A stretch of 64,000 nucleotides of DNA from Candidatus Binatia bacterium (GCA_038245295.1 JBBRSP010000006.1:1-64000); one strand, 5' to 3'. Positions 9,359 to 20,347 are shown, counted from the first letter of the stretch. The notes: generated by a model not told the origin, from the letters alone. Numbers and translations are program-made.

Positions 9359-9435
9359 CGCAGGCTGAAGCCTGCGCCTACCGAGTTGCGTCTCACCTGG
9401 AGATTCAAAGGGGTAGGCGCAGGCTTCCGCCTGCG
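9359..9435. repeat. GTAG-family REP doublet (REPIN-like)
   Basis: 24-bp inverted copies at 9359-9382 and 9412-9435 (1 mismatch); each is GTAG followed by the GCGCAGGCTTCAGCCTGCG palindrome. Confidence 0.85.
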
Positions 9436-9475
9436 GGGCGCGCCGACGAGCCGTAGTGCCGGAGGCGGTGTCGAT

Positions 9476-11515
<2,040 letters not shown>

Positions 11516-11607
11516 GGGGCGCCTCCGGAAAACAGCAGTTGCGGCCAGACAGAGAAGGTCTCATGCGAACGGAGGCGGATCAAGCACGCAGCTGTGTCTG
11601 CGTTGCA

Positions 11608-11718
11608 GCAACCCAAACCCGCCCCCGTAGAACCAATTCGACAGGATGGACACGATAAACAGGATGGAACGGGGAACACGTTCTTGTCGTGTTCATCCTG
11701 CCGATCCTGTCTGTCCTG
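11608..11718. repeat. Dispersed ~110-bp element, copy 1 (9-bp ACAGGATGG/CCATCCTGT inverted arrays)
   Basis: Near-identical to 15707-15837, including the spacer GGAACGGGGAACAC.TTCTTGTCGTGTTCATC. Confidence 0.85.
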
Positions 11719-11880
11719 CTTGCCGTCCGCGGCGTCCGCGCAGAGTTCGACTTCGAGGGACGGGGTGGGGATTCTCGCAATTGGCCGGAGTCACGAGAAC
11801 CGCAACCGCCTTCAAATGGTCCGATGACTCAACGGCTTAAATGAGCAACCTTGTCCTGCGTAGCGCCCCGCGAAGCAGGA

Positions 11881-12287
11881 TCATGAGCCGCCACGCACTG
11901 CCCGAACGTAGAGGTTACCCGACTTAACTTAGTGCCCCCCGTCACCGGGGCCAGCGTAGGAACCCACGAGCCACGCGTCGTCCGGACTGCCCACGAACGA
12001 AGTAGACGACCACTAGCTGTTGGACTGCGTGCAACTGCAGCTCGTCACGGTGCAGGCTGCCACGCAGCGACTGTTGAAGGCGCTCCCGACGCTCGGGTTG
12101 ACGTTCTGCATGTTCCGAATGCTTTCCACCTCGAACAGGTTCGGGATCCGGCGCGCGCGGCGCAGGTGTGCGCTGCGGTGAGGCAGCTCACCCATTCAGC
12201 CACCGTGTTGATCGCCCCGTCGCCACCCAGGCCGGCCCCGGCGCACCAGGCGCCGAGGTTCTCAGCATCGAGTGGTTCGGTAACCAA
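11881..12287 (-). pseudogene. DUF1566 (Lcl C-terminal/CLec-fold) protein remnant
   Basis: Minus-strand translation RIPNLFEVESIRN..NPSVGSAFN..CTVTSCSCTQSNS*WSSTSFVGSPDDAWLVGSY..GH*VKSGNLYVRAVRGGS*; two premature stops and a frame junction near 12153. Confidence 0.8.
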
Positions 12288-12289
12288 AA

Positions 12290-12438
12290 CCCGTCAGATC
12301 CTTCTTGACCAGTGCTACTTTGAGCTTGATGCGCGGGCCTTCACGCGCTTTTCAACCCTGCTGACCCGGCCCCTGCCAGCGGCCAACCAAGCGGCCCTGC
12401 AGCGGCTGATGAAGAAGCGATCCCCGTGGGTAAAATAA
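12290..12438 (+). pseudogene. C-terminal half of a DUF1778 (TacA/AtaR-like) antitoxin
   Basis: RQILLDQCYFELDARAFTRFSTLLTRPLPAANQAALQRLMKKRSPW matches the family C-terminus; no RHH N-terminus or start. Confidence 0.7.
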
Positions 12439-12552
12439 CCCGGCTCACAGCACTGCTTCTCCCCATGAGCGCAGTCGATGTGAGCTGATGCCCTATCCGC
12501 CCTATCCGTTGCAACGGTTGCGACACAGTCGCAGACGCGGGTATTAAACCGC

Positions 12553-14208
12553 ATGGCCTCCTTCTTTCGCCCCCTGCCGGCGCTCGAGCCGCGCACCGAA
12601 GCCTTCTGGAAAGCCTGCCACGCCGGGCGTCTCGAGTTCACCCACTGCAAGCCGTGCGACTGGTACATCCACCCGTCGCGGCCGATCTGTCCGAAGTGTC
12701 GCGGGCGCGATCTCGATATCAAAGCCGTCAGCGGCCGCGGCCGTGTGCACAGCTACACGACGAATCATCACGCCTGGTACCCCGGCATGCCGGTGCCGTA
12801 CAACGTGGCGCTGGTCGAGCTCGTCGAGCAGAAGAACCTGCGACTCATGACGAACGTCATCAACTGCCCGGTCGAGTCGGTGCGTATCGGCATGGCGGTA
12901 AAGGTGGTGTTCGAGACCGTCAGTGAAGAAGTCGCCCTGCCCCTGTTCGAACCCGACGACGCAGCGTCAAGCGAACCGGTAAAGGCGTCACTGCCGGCCG
13001 CCGTCTTCAGCGGCCCGCGCTGGCCAGCACCGACGGAAGTCATCGAACGGCGCGCCGTGATCTCCGGCGTCGGGCAATCGGCGATTGGTCGGCGTCTGTT
13101 TCGTGATGATCTCGATCTGACCTGTGAAGCGGCGCGGGAGGCGCTGGATCATGCCGGGCTGACGGTGGACGACATCGATGGTGTCGCCGCGTACCCGGGG
13201 CCCATCCAGGGCGGGCCGGGATTTGCCGGACCGAGCATCTACGAAGTGCAGGACGCGCTGGGCATCGATGTGCGCTGGCATCTGTCCGGCCTGGAAGGCC
13301 CGGCGCAGATCATGCCGATCATCCACGCGGCGTTGGCCGTGTCGGCCGGCCTGTGTCGGCACGCGCTGGTGTACCGAACTGTCACCGAAGCTTCGGCCGC
13401 GGCGGATACGGGGCGCCGCGGCATCGGTGCCGGCTCACGTGAGATCGGCGGATTCGGCGCATTCTTCATTCCGTTCGGAGCGATGTCGGCGGGCAACTGG
13501 CTGGCGATGTACGCGCGGCGCCACATGCACGAGTTCGGCACCAAGAGAGAACATCTGGGCATGATCGCGATGAACGGCAGGCGCAACGCCGGGCTCAACC
13601 CGAAGGCGGTGTATCGCGAGCCGATGACCATGGAGGACTACCTGGCGGCGCGTTTGGTCAGCGAGCCTTTCGGTCTCTTCGACTGCGACGCGCCGGTGGA
13701 TGGCTCCACCGTCGTAATCATCTCAAGCGCCGAGGCGGCACGTGACCTGCGTGGCCCGGCGGTGCGGTTCAACGCCGTCGGAACGGCGATGAACAAGCGG
13801 CCGTTGTGGGATCAGTGGGAAGACATCACGACGATGGCGGCGCGTGATGCGGCGGCGCACATGTGGTCGCGCACCGATCTCAAGCCATCCGACGTCGACA
13901 CGGCGCAACTCTACGACGGCTTCTCGTTTCTAGCGCTGGCGTGGATCGAAGCGTTGGGGTTCTGCGGGCGCGGCGAAGGCGGGCCGTTCGTCGAAGGTGA
14001 CCGCATCTCTTTGAGCGGCGCGTTGCCGATCAACACGTGGGGCGGGCAGTTGTCGGGTGGCCGTTTGCATGGGTTTGGTTTCGTCGCTGAAGCGGTGCGG
14101 CAACTGCGCGGTGAATGCGGCGAACGCCAGGTCAAGGATTGTCAGGTGGCCGCGGTTGGGGTCGGTGGCGGCCCGGTCGCCGGCAGCCTGCTGCTGGCGA
14201 GGGATTGA
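12553..14208 (+). CDS. DUF35 (Zn-ribbon/OB-fold) fused to an SCP2/Ltp2-type thiolase-family domain
   Basis: CKPC..CPKC, SGRGRVHSYT, VRIGMAV, then ISGVGQS, FDCD..VDG, LYDGFS, NTWGGQLSGGRLHG. Confidence 0.9.
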   Translation: MASFFRPLPALEPRTEAFWKACHAGRLEFTHCKPCDWYIHPSRPICPKCRGRDLDIKAVSGRGRVHSYTTNHHAWYPGMPVPYNVALVELVEQKNLRLMTNVINCPVESVRIGMAVKVVFETVSEEVALPLFEPDDAASSEPVKASLPAAVFSGPRWPAPTEVIERRAVISGVGQSAIGRRLFRDDLDLTCEAAREALDHAGLTVDDIDGVAAYPGPIQGGPGFAGPSIYEVQDALGIDVRWHLSGLEGPAQIMPIIHAALAVSAGLCRHALVYRTVTEASAAADTGRRGIGAGSREIGGFGAFFIPFGAMSAGNWLAMYARRHMHEFGTKREHLGMIAMNGRRNAGLNPKAVYREPMTMEDYLAARLVSEPFGLFDCDAPVDGSTVVIISSAEAARDLRGPAVRFNAVGTAMNKRPLWDQWEDITTMAARDAAAHMWSRTDLKPSDVDTAQLYDGFSFLALAWIEALGFCGRGEGGPFVEGDRISLSGALPINTWGGQLSGGRLHGFGFVAEAVRQLRGECGERQVKDCQVAAVGVGGGPVAGSLLLARD

Positions 14209-14210
14209 CC

Positions 14211-15071
14211 ATGGGAGACTGGGGCGTCGACACACGCGTGCAGCGCAACGGCGATCGCTTCAGCGCGCAGCTTTCCAAGGATTGGGATGTCTGGGGGCCG
14301 GTCGGTGGATACCGCGCGGCGATTGCGTTGCGCGCCATGGCGACGCTGAGCCGCTTTCCGCGCCCCGCCAGCTTCGCCTGTCATTTCGTACGCACGGGAG
14401 CATTTGGGCCGGTCGAACTGGACGTCACGTCCGTCTGGTCGGGGAAACGCGCCGAATCGTTGCGCGTAACGATGAGCCAGGACGGCAAAACTATCCTCGA
14501 GGCAACCGCGTGGATGGTTGACCACGGCATGGAAGGATTCGAGCACGAGATTACCGACGTGCCGGTAGTCGCGGCACCGGAGTCACTCAAAGGGTACCAG
14601 GACGTCGCCGCCAACTATGCCGATTGGTACCCGTTCTGGCGCAGTGTCGAAGGGCGCCCGACGAGTTGGGAAGAGGAAGTCTCCGCCAGCCTGCCGCCGG
14701 AGGCGCGCTCGTCGGTGCCGATCTGGCGCACCTGGATGCGCGTTTGTGAAGACAGCGACGCGAGTGACCTGGTTGCCGACGCCGGCCGCGCCGTGTTGTG
14801 GATCGATCTGGTCGGCTGGAACGCGGTGACAATCCCGCACGGGTACCCGCCGAAATACATCGCCCCCAACCTCGATCTGACCGTGCAATTTCACCAACCG
14901 GCGCTTGGTGAAACGTGGCTGTTGTGTGACGGGCACGCGCCGGTGGCACGCGACGGGCTGGTGGGCACCACCGGCCGCGTTTGGACCACCGACGGCCGGC
15001 TGATCGCGTCGGGTACGGCGCAGCTCATCTGCAAGCCGAGCCCGTTCGTGAACGCCGCAAAGCCGGCTTAG
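14211..15071 (+). CDS. Thioesterase family protein (TesB-like double hotdog)
   Basis: WDVWGPVGGY, APNLDLTVQFH, GRVWTTDGRLIASG; starts 3 nt after the upstream stop. Confidence 0.88.
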   Translation: MGDWGVDTRVQRNGDRFSAQLSKDWDVWGPVGGYRAAIALRAMATLSRFPRPASFACHFVRTGAFGPVELDVTSVWSGKRAESLRVTMSQDGKTILEATAWMVDHGMEGFEHEITDVPVVAAPESLKGYQDVAANYADWYPFWRSVEGRPTSWEEEVSASLPPEARSSVPIWRTWMRVCEDSDASDLVADAGRAVLWIDLVGWNAVTIPHGYPPKYIAPNLDLTVQFHQPALGETWLLCDGHAPVARDGLVGTTGRVWTTDGRLIASGTAQLICKPSPFVNAAKPA

Positions 15072-15607
15072 TGGCCGGTGCCGGCTTTGATGCGATCGTC
15101 CTCGCGGCAACGCCGTTCTTCGAGGATCGCCTCTTCGGGTGCGGTGATCGTCACCGAGCAGCCGTCCGGGCCGCTGATGTCGAGCTTCACCCTCTCGGCC
15201 GACCACGTCGCGGTCCAAAACTTCTTATTGGCGCCCTCTTCGCCAAGCTTTGTCGAGTCGGGGCCGTAGACCTTGAGCATGGCGCTGTAGAGTTTTCGGC
15301 AATCGGCATCCTTGGCGATGAGCGAGACCACGGTCAGCCGATCATTCTGAAATGAATACTCGACACCCGTCAGCGGCACGCCATTGAAGTCGAGCTTGTC
15401 CGTGGGGCGCTTGTAGGCGACCTCACACTCGCCGCGCTCGCCGGCCTTCTTGAGGCCTTTGACGTCGTCGATCACGTCGCCGAAATGCAGTCCGTGAAAC
15501 CCATACTCCTTATCGAGCTCCGCCAAGGCGCCCCCCGATTCCGCGCCGAAAGCAGAATGCGTTGCGGCCAGCAGCATCACCGATCCGATCAACATGTATC
15601 GCAGCAT
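15068..15607 (-). CDS. Hypothetical secreted protein
   Basis: AAGGAG RBS before MLRY; signal-peptide-like N-terminus (..SAFGA); GFHGLHFG motif. Confidence 0.7.
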   Translation of the reverse strand: MLRYMLIGSVMLLAATHSAFGAESGGALAELDKEYGFHGLHFGDVIDDVKGLKKAGERGECEVAYKRPTDKLDFNGVPLTGVEYSFQNDRLTVVSLIAKDADCRKLYSAMLKVYGPDSTKLGEEGANKKFWTATWSAERVKLDISGPDGCSVTITAPEEAILEERRCREDDRIKAGTGH

Positions 15608-15706
15608 CCGATCAAACTCCTTCATGGGTTGGCGCAGGACGTTACCAGGAAGCAGCCTCCGCTCAACCCAGGGCGAGACGCAAAGTTCACGACGCGGGCT
15701 TTGCCC

Positions 15707-15837
15707 GCAACCCAACCCCACGCCCGCAGAACGAATTCAACAGGATGGACAGGATAAACAGGATGGAACGGGGAACACATTCTTGTCGTGTTCATCGTGT
15801 TCATCCTGTCCATCCTGTCCATCCTGTCCATCCTGTC
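15707..15837. repeat. Dispersed element, copy 2, with expanded 9-bp array
   Basis: (ACAGGATGG/A)x3, spacer, then five TTCATC/CCATCCTGT-type units; preceded by a GCGGGC-TTT-GCCCGC hairpin and AACCCAA. Confidence 0.85.
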
Positions 15838-16022
15838 AAAATGCGCGTCCTGCGACGAATTCGAACGTACAGAATACAATAGTTGCAGAAGAAGTGTTCG
15901 TGCGGGTTTGCCAGCAGTGGACTATTTCGCGCGGGAATGGCATTGCGTTGCTTACACTACTGCTGGGCCTGCGACTAGTTCGCCGGCGGGAATTGGCCTT
16001 GCAGCCAAGAGGGGTGCATCGA

Positions 16023-18029
16023 ATGAAACGAGTTTTGGTTAGTTTTCAGTTTGTGTTGCTATTCAGCGCGCTTGCGATCCACGCGGTCTGGGCGCAAACG
16101 GCCGTCGTGCGGCGCAACTCAAACTTGCGCTCCGAGCCGTCGCAGGCGCAGGCGCCGATGCGTTTGTTGACACCACCGGAGACGGTGACATTGCCCGGTT
16201 CGGAGTTCCGCAACGGCTACTACAAGGTCCAAACATCTCAAGGCGAAAGCGGCTGGGCCTGGGCGCGCAATCTCAAAATCACGTCGGCCGCCGCGCCGGG
16301 CAGCGGTGCCACCACAACACAAGTGCAATCGCTGCAGGCGACAAACCTGCGCAGCGACGCCTCGACGCGGCAGCCGCCGATGGGCATGGTCGAGCCGGGG
16401 GCCAACCTGGCGCTGCTCTCGCCGGAACCGGTGAATGGATACTACAAGGTTCGCACGCCGGACGGGCGCGAAGGTTGGATCTGGAGCCAGAACGTCGCCG
16501 TCGTTGGCAAGGGCACGGCGGAGGCTAAGCCAGAAGCCGCAGCAGCTGTCGTACCACCACCCGTCCCCACCATTGAAAAACCGAAACCGGCCCCCACGGT
16601 GGTTCCGCCAACCGTTGCCAAGGCAGCGCCCGCAACAGCGACCGAGAAGGCAGCCGCCGCGCCGACCGAATCTCGCGAGGAAGCACCACCGGCCACCGCT
16701 ACCGCCGTTCCACCCCCGAAAGCGACGGCCACCGTCGAGAAAGTCGCCGAGGCGGCACCGCCCGCGGCCGCGCCAGCCGGAGCGGAAGGTGGATTGAAAC
16801 CTGGCGACATGTTGGATCGCAACTCGGCGCACCTGGCGAAGAACCTTCTCCCCCCGGAAATCCTTGGTCACTACGAGCGCGGCGAGTACACCAATAAAGT
16901 GATCGCCTGGGATGGGAATCCAAACTGGGAGAAGGCATGGGTCGAGGCGAGTAAGGAAAATGTCAGCCGCCTCACGATCGATGAGACCAACACGATCATC
17001 GACAAATCGACCGGCCAACAACCGGCGTACTTCTATGGAATCCCCTTTCCGACGATTGATGAGAAGGACCCTTCCGCCGGCGCCAAGGTTGTCTGGAATA
17101 CATTCCTCGCCACCTGGTACGGCGGCAGCAGCTGGTCGCGAACCAAGCTGATCATGCTGAATTACAAGGGTGTTGACCGCGAGCTGACGGCTGAGGGCTC
17201 CTTCGAATTCTATGACGGCCAGGCGCCCAAATACCGACGACCTAATCCGCAGAATCTCATGGGCCAATTCCTGGCGGTGGCCATGGCCCCCGCCGACGTC
17301 CAGGGCACGGCGTCCTTGTCCTGGCGTTACCGCGACCCAAAGACGCGCGACGCCCAATGGGCTTTCGTGCCGGCGTTGCGACGCGTGCGCGCCATCAGCC
17401 CGGCGAACCGATCGGACGGATTTCTCGGCTCCGACACCTCGGCAGACGACGGCTACTTCTTCGACGGCAAGCCTCAGGACTTCAAGTGGCGCCTGGTCGG
17501 GAAGCAGGATGCCTACGTCATGATGGATCCTGAAGCGGTCAACGGAACGGTCAAACCGCGGCCGATCCCGAACAAACAAGGATGGTCAACAACAATTGCC
17601 GATCGCCCCAATGTCTACGGATGGGAAATCTCCGGTTGGAGCGGCGTGCCGTGGGCGGCGCCGAACATGGGCCTGGTGCGGCGCCCCGTCTACATCGTCG
17701 AAGGAATTCCGAACGACAAATACTACCTCTACGGCAAGATCGTCCTATGGATTGATGCTCAAACCTGGTCGGGAGCCTGGCACCAGAAGTTCTCCTGGGG
17801 CGGCGAGCATGTGATGACGTATCAGGTGGCCCAGCTACCCAACGCCACGACGCCGACAGGCGATGAGACAGTGCCGGTTACGTCACAGGCCTGGGACATC
17901 GCCGAGAACTTCAAGATGCGCCGCGCCTCGGCGGCCGGCGTCTACCGCGACAAGATGCAACTGTATCGCCGTGTCGAACACGATCCGAGTATTTTCGAAT
18001 CCGGCGCTTTGATGCGCTTCGGCAAGTAA
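16023..18029 (+). CDS. Secreted protein: 2x SH3b domains, Pro/Ala/Thr linker, DUF1329 domain
   Basis: Signal peptide; two NLRS..NGYYKV.T..G..GW.W repeats; GIPFP, PADVQG, WAFVPALRRVR, RSDGFLGSD, YLYGK..LWID motifs. Confidence 0.88.
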   Translation: MKRVLVSFQFVLLFSALAIHAVWAQTAVVRRNSNLRSEPSQAQAPMRLLTPPETVTLPGSEFRNGYYKVQTSQGESGWAWARNLKITSAAAPGSGATTTQVQSLQATNLRSDASTRQPPMGMVEPGANLALLSPEPVNGYYKVRTPDGREGWIWSQNVAVVGKGTAEAKPEAAAAVVPPPVPTIEKPKPAPTVVPPTVAKAAPATATEKAAAAPTESREEAPPATATAVPPPKATATVEKVAEAAPPAAAPAGAEGGLKPGDMLDRNSAHLAKNLLPPEILGHYERGEYTNKVIAWDGNPNWEKAWVEASKENVSRLTIDETNTIIDKSTGQQPAYFYGIPFPTIDEKDPSAGAKVVWNTFLATWYGGSSWSRTKLIMLNYKGVDRELTAEGSFEFYDGQAPKYRRPNPQNLMGQFLAVAMAPADVQGTASLSWRYRDPKTRDAQWAFVPALRRVRAISPANRSDGFLGSDTSADDGYFFDGKPQDFKWRLVGKQDAYVMMDPEAVNGTVKPRPIPNKQGWSTTIADRPNVYGWEISGWSGVPWAAPNMGLVRRPVYIVEGIPNDKYYLYGKIVLWIDAQTWSGAWHQKFSWGGEHVMTYQVAQLPNATTPTGDETVPVTSQAWDIAENFKMRRASAAGVYRDKMQLYRRVEHDPSIFESGALMRFGK

Positions 18030-18034
18030 GCAAC

Positions 18035-18069
18035 CGCGGCGGTCCCAGCACTCGGCTGGGACCGCCGCG
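18035..18069 (+). terminator. Stem-loop after the DUF1329 gene
   Basis: Perfect 15-bp stem CGCGGCGGTCCCAGC / GCTGGGACCGCCGCG with a 5-nt loop. Confidence 0.7.
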
Positions 18070-18094
18070 TTCCCTCACTTGAAATTGATACAGA

Positions 18095-18192
18095 ACGGAG
18101 TCGGGCTGCCCCCAGCCCGCCATCGGTGGAGTGGGCCCACGCAGCTTTAGGACGACTCACGAGGCGGCGGCGTGAGGGCACGCCGACTCCGT
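18095..18192. repeat. GGAG-footed REP doublet
   Basis: ACGGAGT-CGGGCTG-cccc-CAGCCCG (18095-18119) and inverted ACGGAGT-CGGCGTG-ccct-CACGCCG (18168-18192). Confidence 0.7.
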
Positions 18193-18223
18193 CGATAAGA
18201 ACGCAATTGGCGGGCGAACCGTC

Positions 18224-20347
18224 CTACACCGCGAGCTTGTAGCGTTTCACCATATCCTTGAGGTTCATGTTCACTTGCACCAACTCGAGGACGGACTCCT
18301 CGATGCCGTTGACGCTTTCCTGGTTCGCATCGCTGGCGGCGCGAATCCGCTCCATGGCCTCGGCAATCTGGTCAACGTCGACGAGTTGGCGTTCACTCGA
18401 CGATGTGATGCCCGCGACCGATGCCGCGGTTTCGCCCAGGCTCTTGGCAAGGCTGCGCATGGCGCTACTGGAATCGATCGCCTGCTGGATGCCAGCTTCG
18501 GCCGTCCGCGTGCCGTGTTCACTCGCCTGGATGACGTCGCTCGAGGCCTTCTGAATGTCGGCGATGATATTGGCAATCTGCGTCGTCGCGCGCTTGGAAC
18601 GATCGGAGAGATTCTTCACCTCCTGAGCCACGACGGCGAAACCCTTGCCGTGTATGCCAGCACGCACGGCCTCGATTCCGGCATTTACGGACAACAGGTC
18701 ACTCTGATCGGCGAGATCGCTGACCGTTGCGGTGATCTGTGCCACGGCGCGGCTTTGTTCACCAAGATGCGAAACCTTCTTAGCGATCAGGCGCAATTGA
18801 TCGCGCACGCGCTCCATCCCATCAACGGCGTCCTGCACGGCCTTCTCACCACCAGCCGAAATCGACACGGCGCGAGCGCCGCTTTCGGTGACCTCCGCCG
18901 CGCGGGCCTGCGCCGCCTCGGCAGTCTGTCGCACCTCCTGAACCGTGATGGACGCGGCGTTAACCGCGGAAGCGGCCTGGCTCGCGCCACTAGCAACATC
19001 CTCCACGACCTTTTGGATGCGCTCATTGGCGGTTGTCAGGTGATCGATTCCGTCGGTCAGGGAGCGCATCTGGTCCTGAAGATTGGTGGTCATACGGGCC
19101 AAAGCACTGCCCATGACATCCTGCGGCGACAGCGGCTTCACTTCGACGGCAAGATCGCCGCGGGAAATTCGATCGGCAGCATCCGCAACATTGCGCAGGG
19201 CGCGCACCATGCGCGCAAACGCGGTTGCCAGCGTCCCAACTTCATCACGGCGGGTTTCCGCCGCCAGGGACACCGATAAGTCACCAATCGCGAGCTTTTG
19301 AGCAGCCTGCAGGACGCCCCCCAGCGAATCGTCGATATCCCGCACGATTGCGTAGCCGCTCAGGGCAACCGCCATGAACCCGAGGAGCAGCAACCCGATG
19401 GTCCAATACAACTGGCTCGACAATCGATCGAGGCGCGCCTGGAGCAATTCGGTCAGCACCGGCGCGGTCGTATCGTACAACTCCAAGGCGGCGTCGGTAG
19501 CTCGGGTAGAGAGGTCCCACCAATCCGTTGGCGAAATCTTGGCAGTCTTGACGTTCAGGAATTCCCGCTCCAGAGAGCCCAGGAACGAGTCTGCAGCATC
19601 GGTCACGGCCTGACGCTTGCCTTCGAGCCGAGGTTTATACGCCGCTGCCTCGGCGTAAGCTTTTTCGTAGTCACTCTTCAGGCGATCGTTGTAGTAGAGC
19701 ACCATCGCATAGTTGCGGCTGAACGATTTGATCTCTTCCTCACGAACCAATCCGCCCTGCGCAGCGATCGTCAACGCACGGTCACGCACCAAGCCCATCT
19801 CTTCCATCAACTGCGGGATGGCAATCCGTGTCGCATCCGCCAAGTAGTAGCTGGCTTGGTGCGGATCGAACGAGAGGTTGGAGCGATCACCGATTGTGGC
19901 GATCAAGGCGATGAGATCAGTGATCAGGCCGGTGTGGAGATCGAACATACCGCGGCCAGACTCGCGCCAGGTCTTGAGAAGCGTATCCGTGCGGCCACGC
20001 AGCGGCTTCCAGCTACCGACTACGCCCAGTTTGGCGCCATACGACTCATCGACCGCGTCAATTTCGGTAATTGCCGTTCCGACCTGATCGGCCGCCGTCT
20101 TGAGCTGTGATTCAAGACCTGTCTCCCCCTCGAGCACGGTGGCGGCGACGCCACGATGGATCTGCAGGGCATGGATCAGCTTGACGACTGGCTTCTGGTA
20201 CGCCAGGCCTTGGAGCTCTTTTTGCGCGAAAGCGCTGCCGAGCTCGCGCATCGAAGCGACCATCTGGAACGTGACATAGAGCAACGGCAGCGCGAAAATC
20301 GCGCCCATCAAGATGAACTTCTGTGCAATCCGCAGGCGTTGCAACAT
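18224..20347 (-). CDS. Methyl-accepting chemotaxis protein
   Basis: TM, periplasmic domain, TM, two HAMP-like segments (RRDEVGTL, QDVMG), signalling tip LLSVNAGIEAVRAGIHGKGFAVVAQEVK. Confidence 0.95.
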   Translation of the reverse strand: MLQRLRIAQKFILMGAIFALPLLYVTFQMVASMRELGSAFAQKELQGLAYQKPVVKLIHALQIHRGVAATVLEGETGLESQLKTAADQVGTAITEIDAVDESYGAKLGVVGSWKPLRGRTDTLLKTWRESGRGMFDLHTGLITDLIALIATIGDRSNLSFDPHQASYYLADATRIAIPQLMEEMGLVRDRALTIAAQGGLVREEEIKSFSRNYAMVLYYNDRLKSDYEKAYAEAAAYKPRLEGKRQAVTDAADSFLGSLEREFLNVKTAKISPTDWWDLSTRATDAALELYDTTAPVLTELLQARLDRLSSQLYWTIGLLLLGFMAVALSGYAIVRDIDDSLGGVLQAAQKLAIGDLSVSLAAETRRDEVGTLATAFARMVRALRNVADAADRISRGDLAVEVKPLSPQDVMGSALARMTTNLQDQMRSLTDGIDHLTTANERIQKVVEDVASGASQAASAVNAASITVQEVRQTAEAAQARAAEVTESGARAVSISAGGEKAVQDAVDGMERVRDQLRLIAKKVSHLGEQSRAVAQITATVSDLADQSDLLSVNAGIEAVRAGIHGKGFAVVAQEVKNLSDRSKRATTQIANIIADIQKASSDVIQASEHGTRTAEAGIQQAIDSSSAMRSLAKSLGETAASVAGITSSSERQLVDVDQIAEAMERIRAASDANQESVNGIEESVLELVQVNMNLKDMVKRYKLAV

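Noticed and set aside
12013..12015. In-frame TAG as pyrrolysine or recoded stop
   Set aside because: The same relic has a TAA and a frameshift, and TAG is an ordinary stop in many genes here.
11932..12438. 168-aa plus-strand ORF as an intact gene
   Set aside because: Chimera of the DUF1566 antisense strand and the DUF1778 fragment.
11641..15837. ACAGGAT arrays (and the 4605 array) as CRISPR
   Set aside because: Units are 8-9 bp and contiguous, with no unique spacers and no cas genes.
15594..16022. Cys-rich N-extension (SCSSCSSCPSCPSC) of the DUF1329 ORF
   Set aside because: It is the translation of the 9-bp repeat element; the signal peptide begins at 16023.
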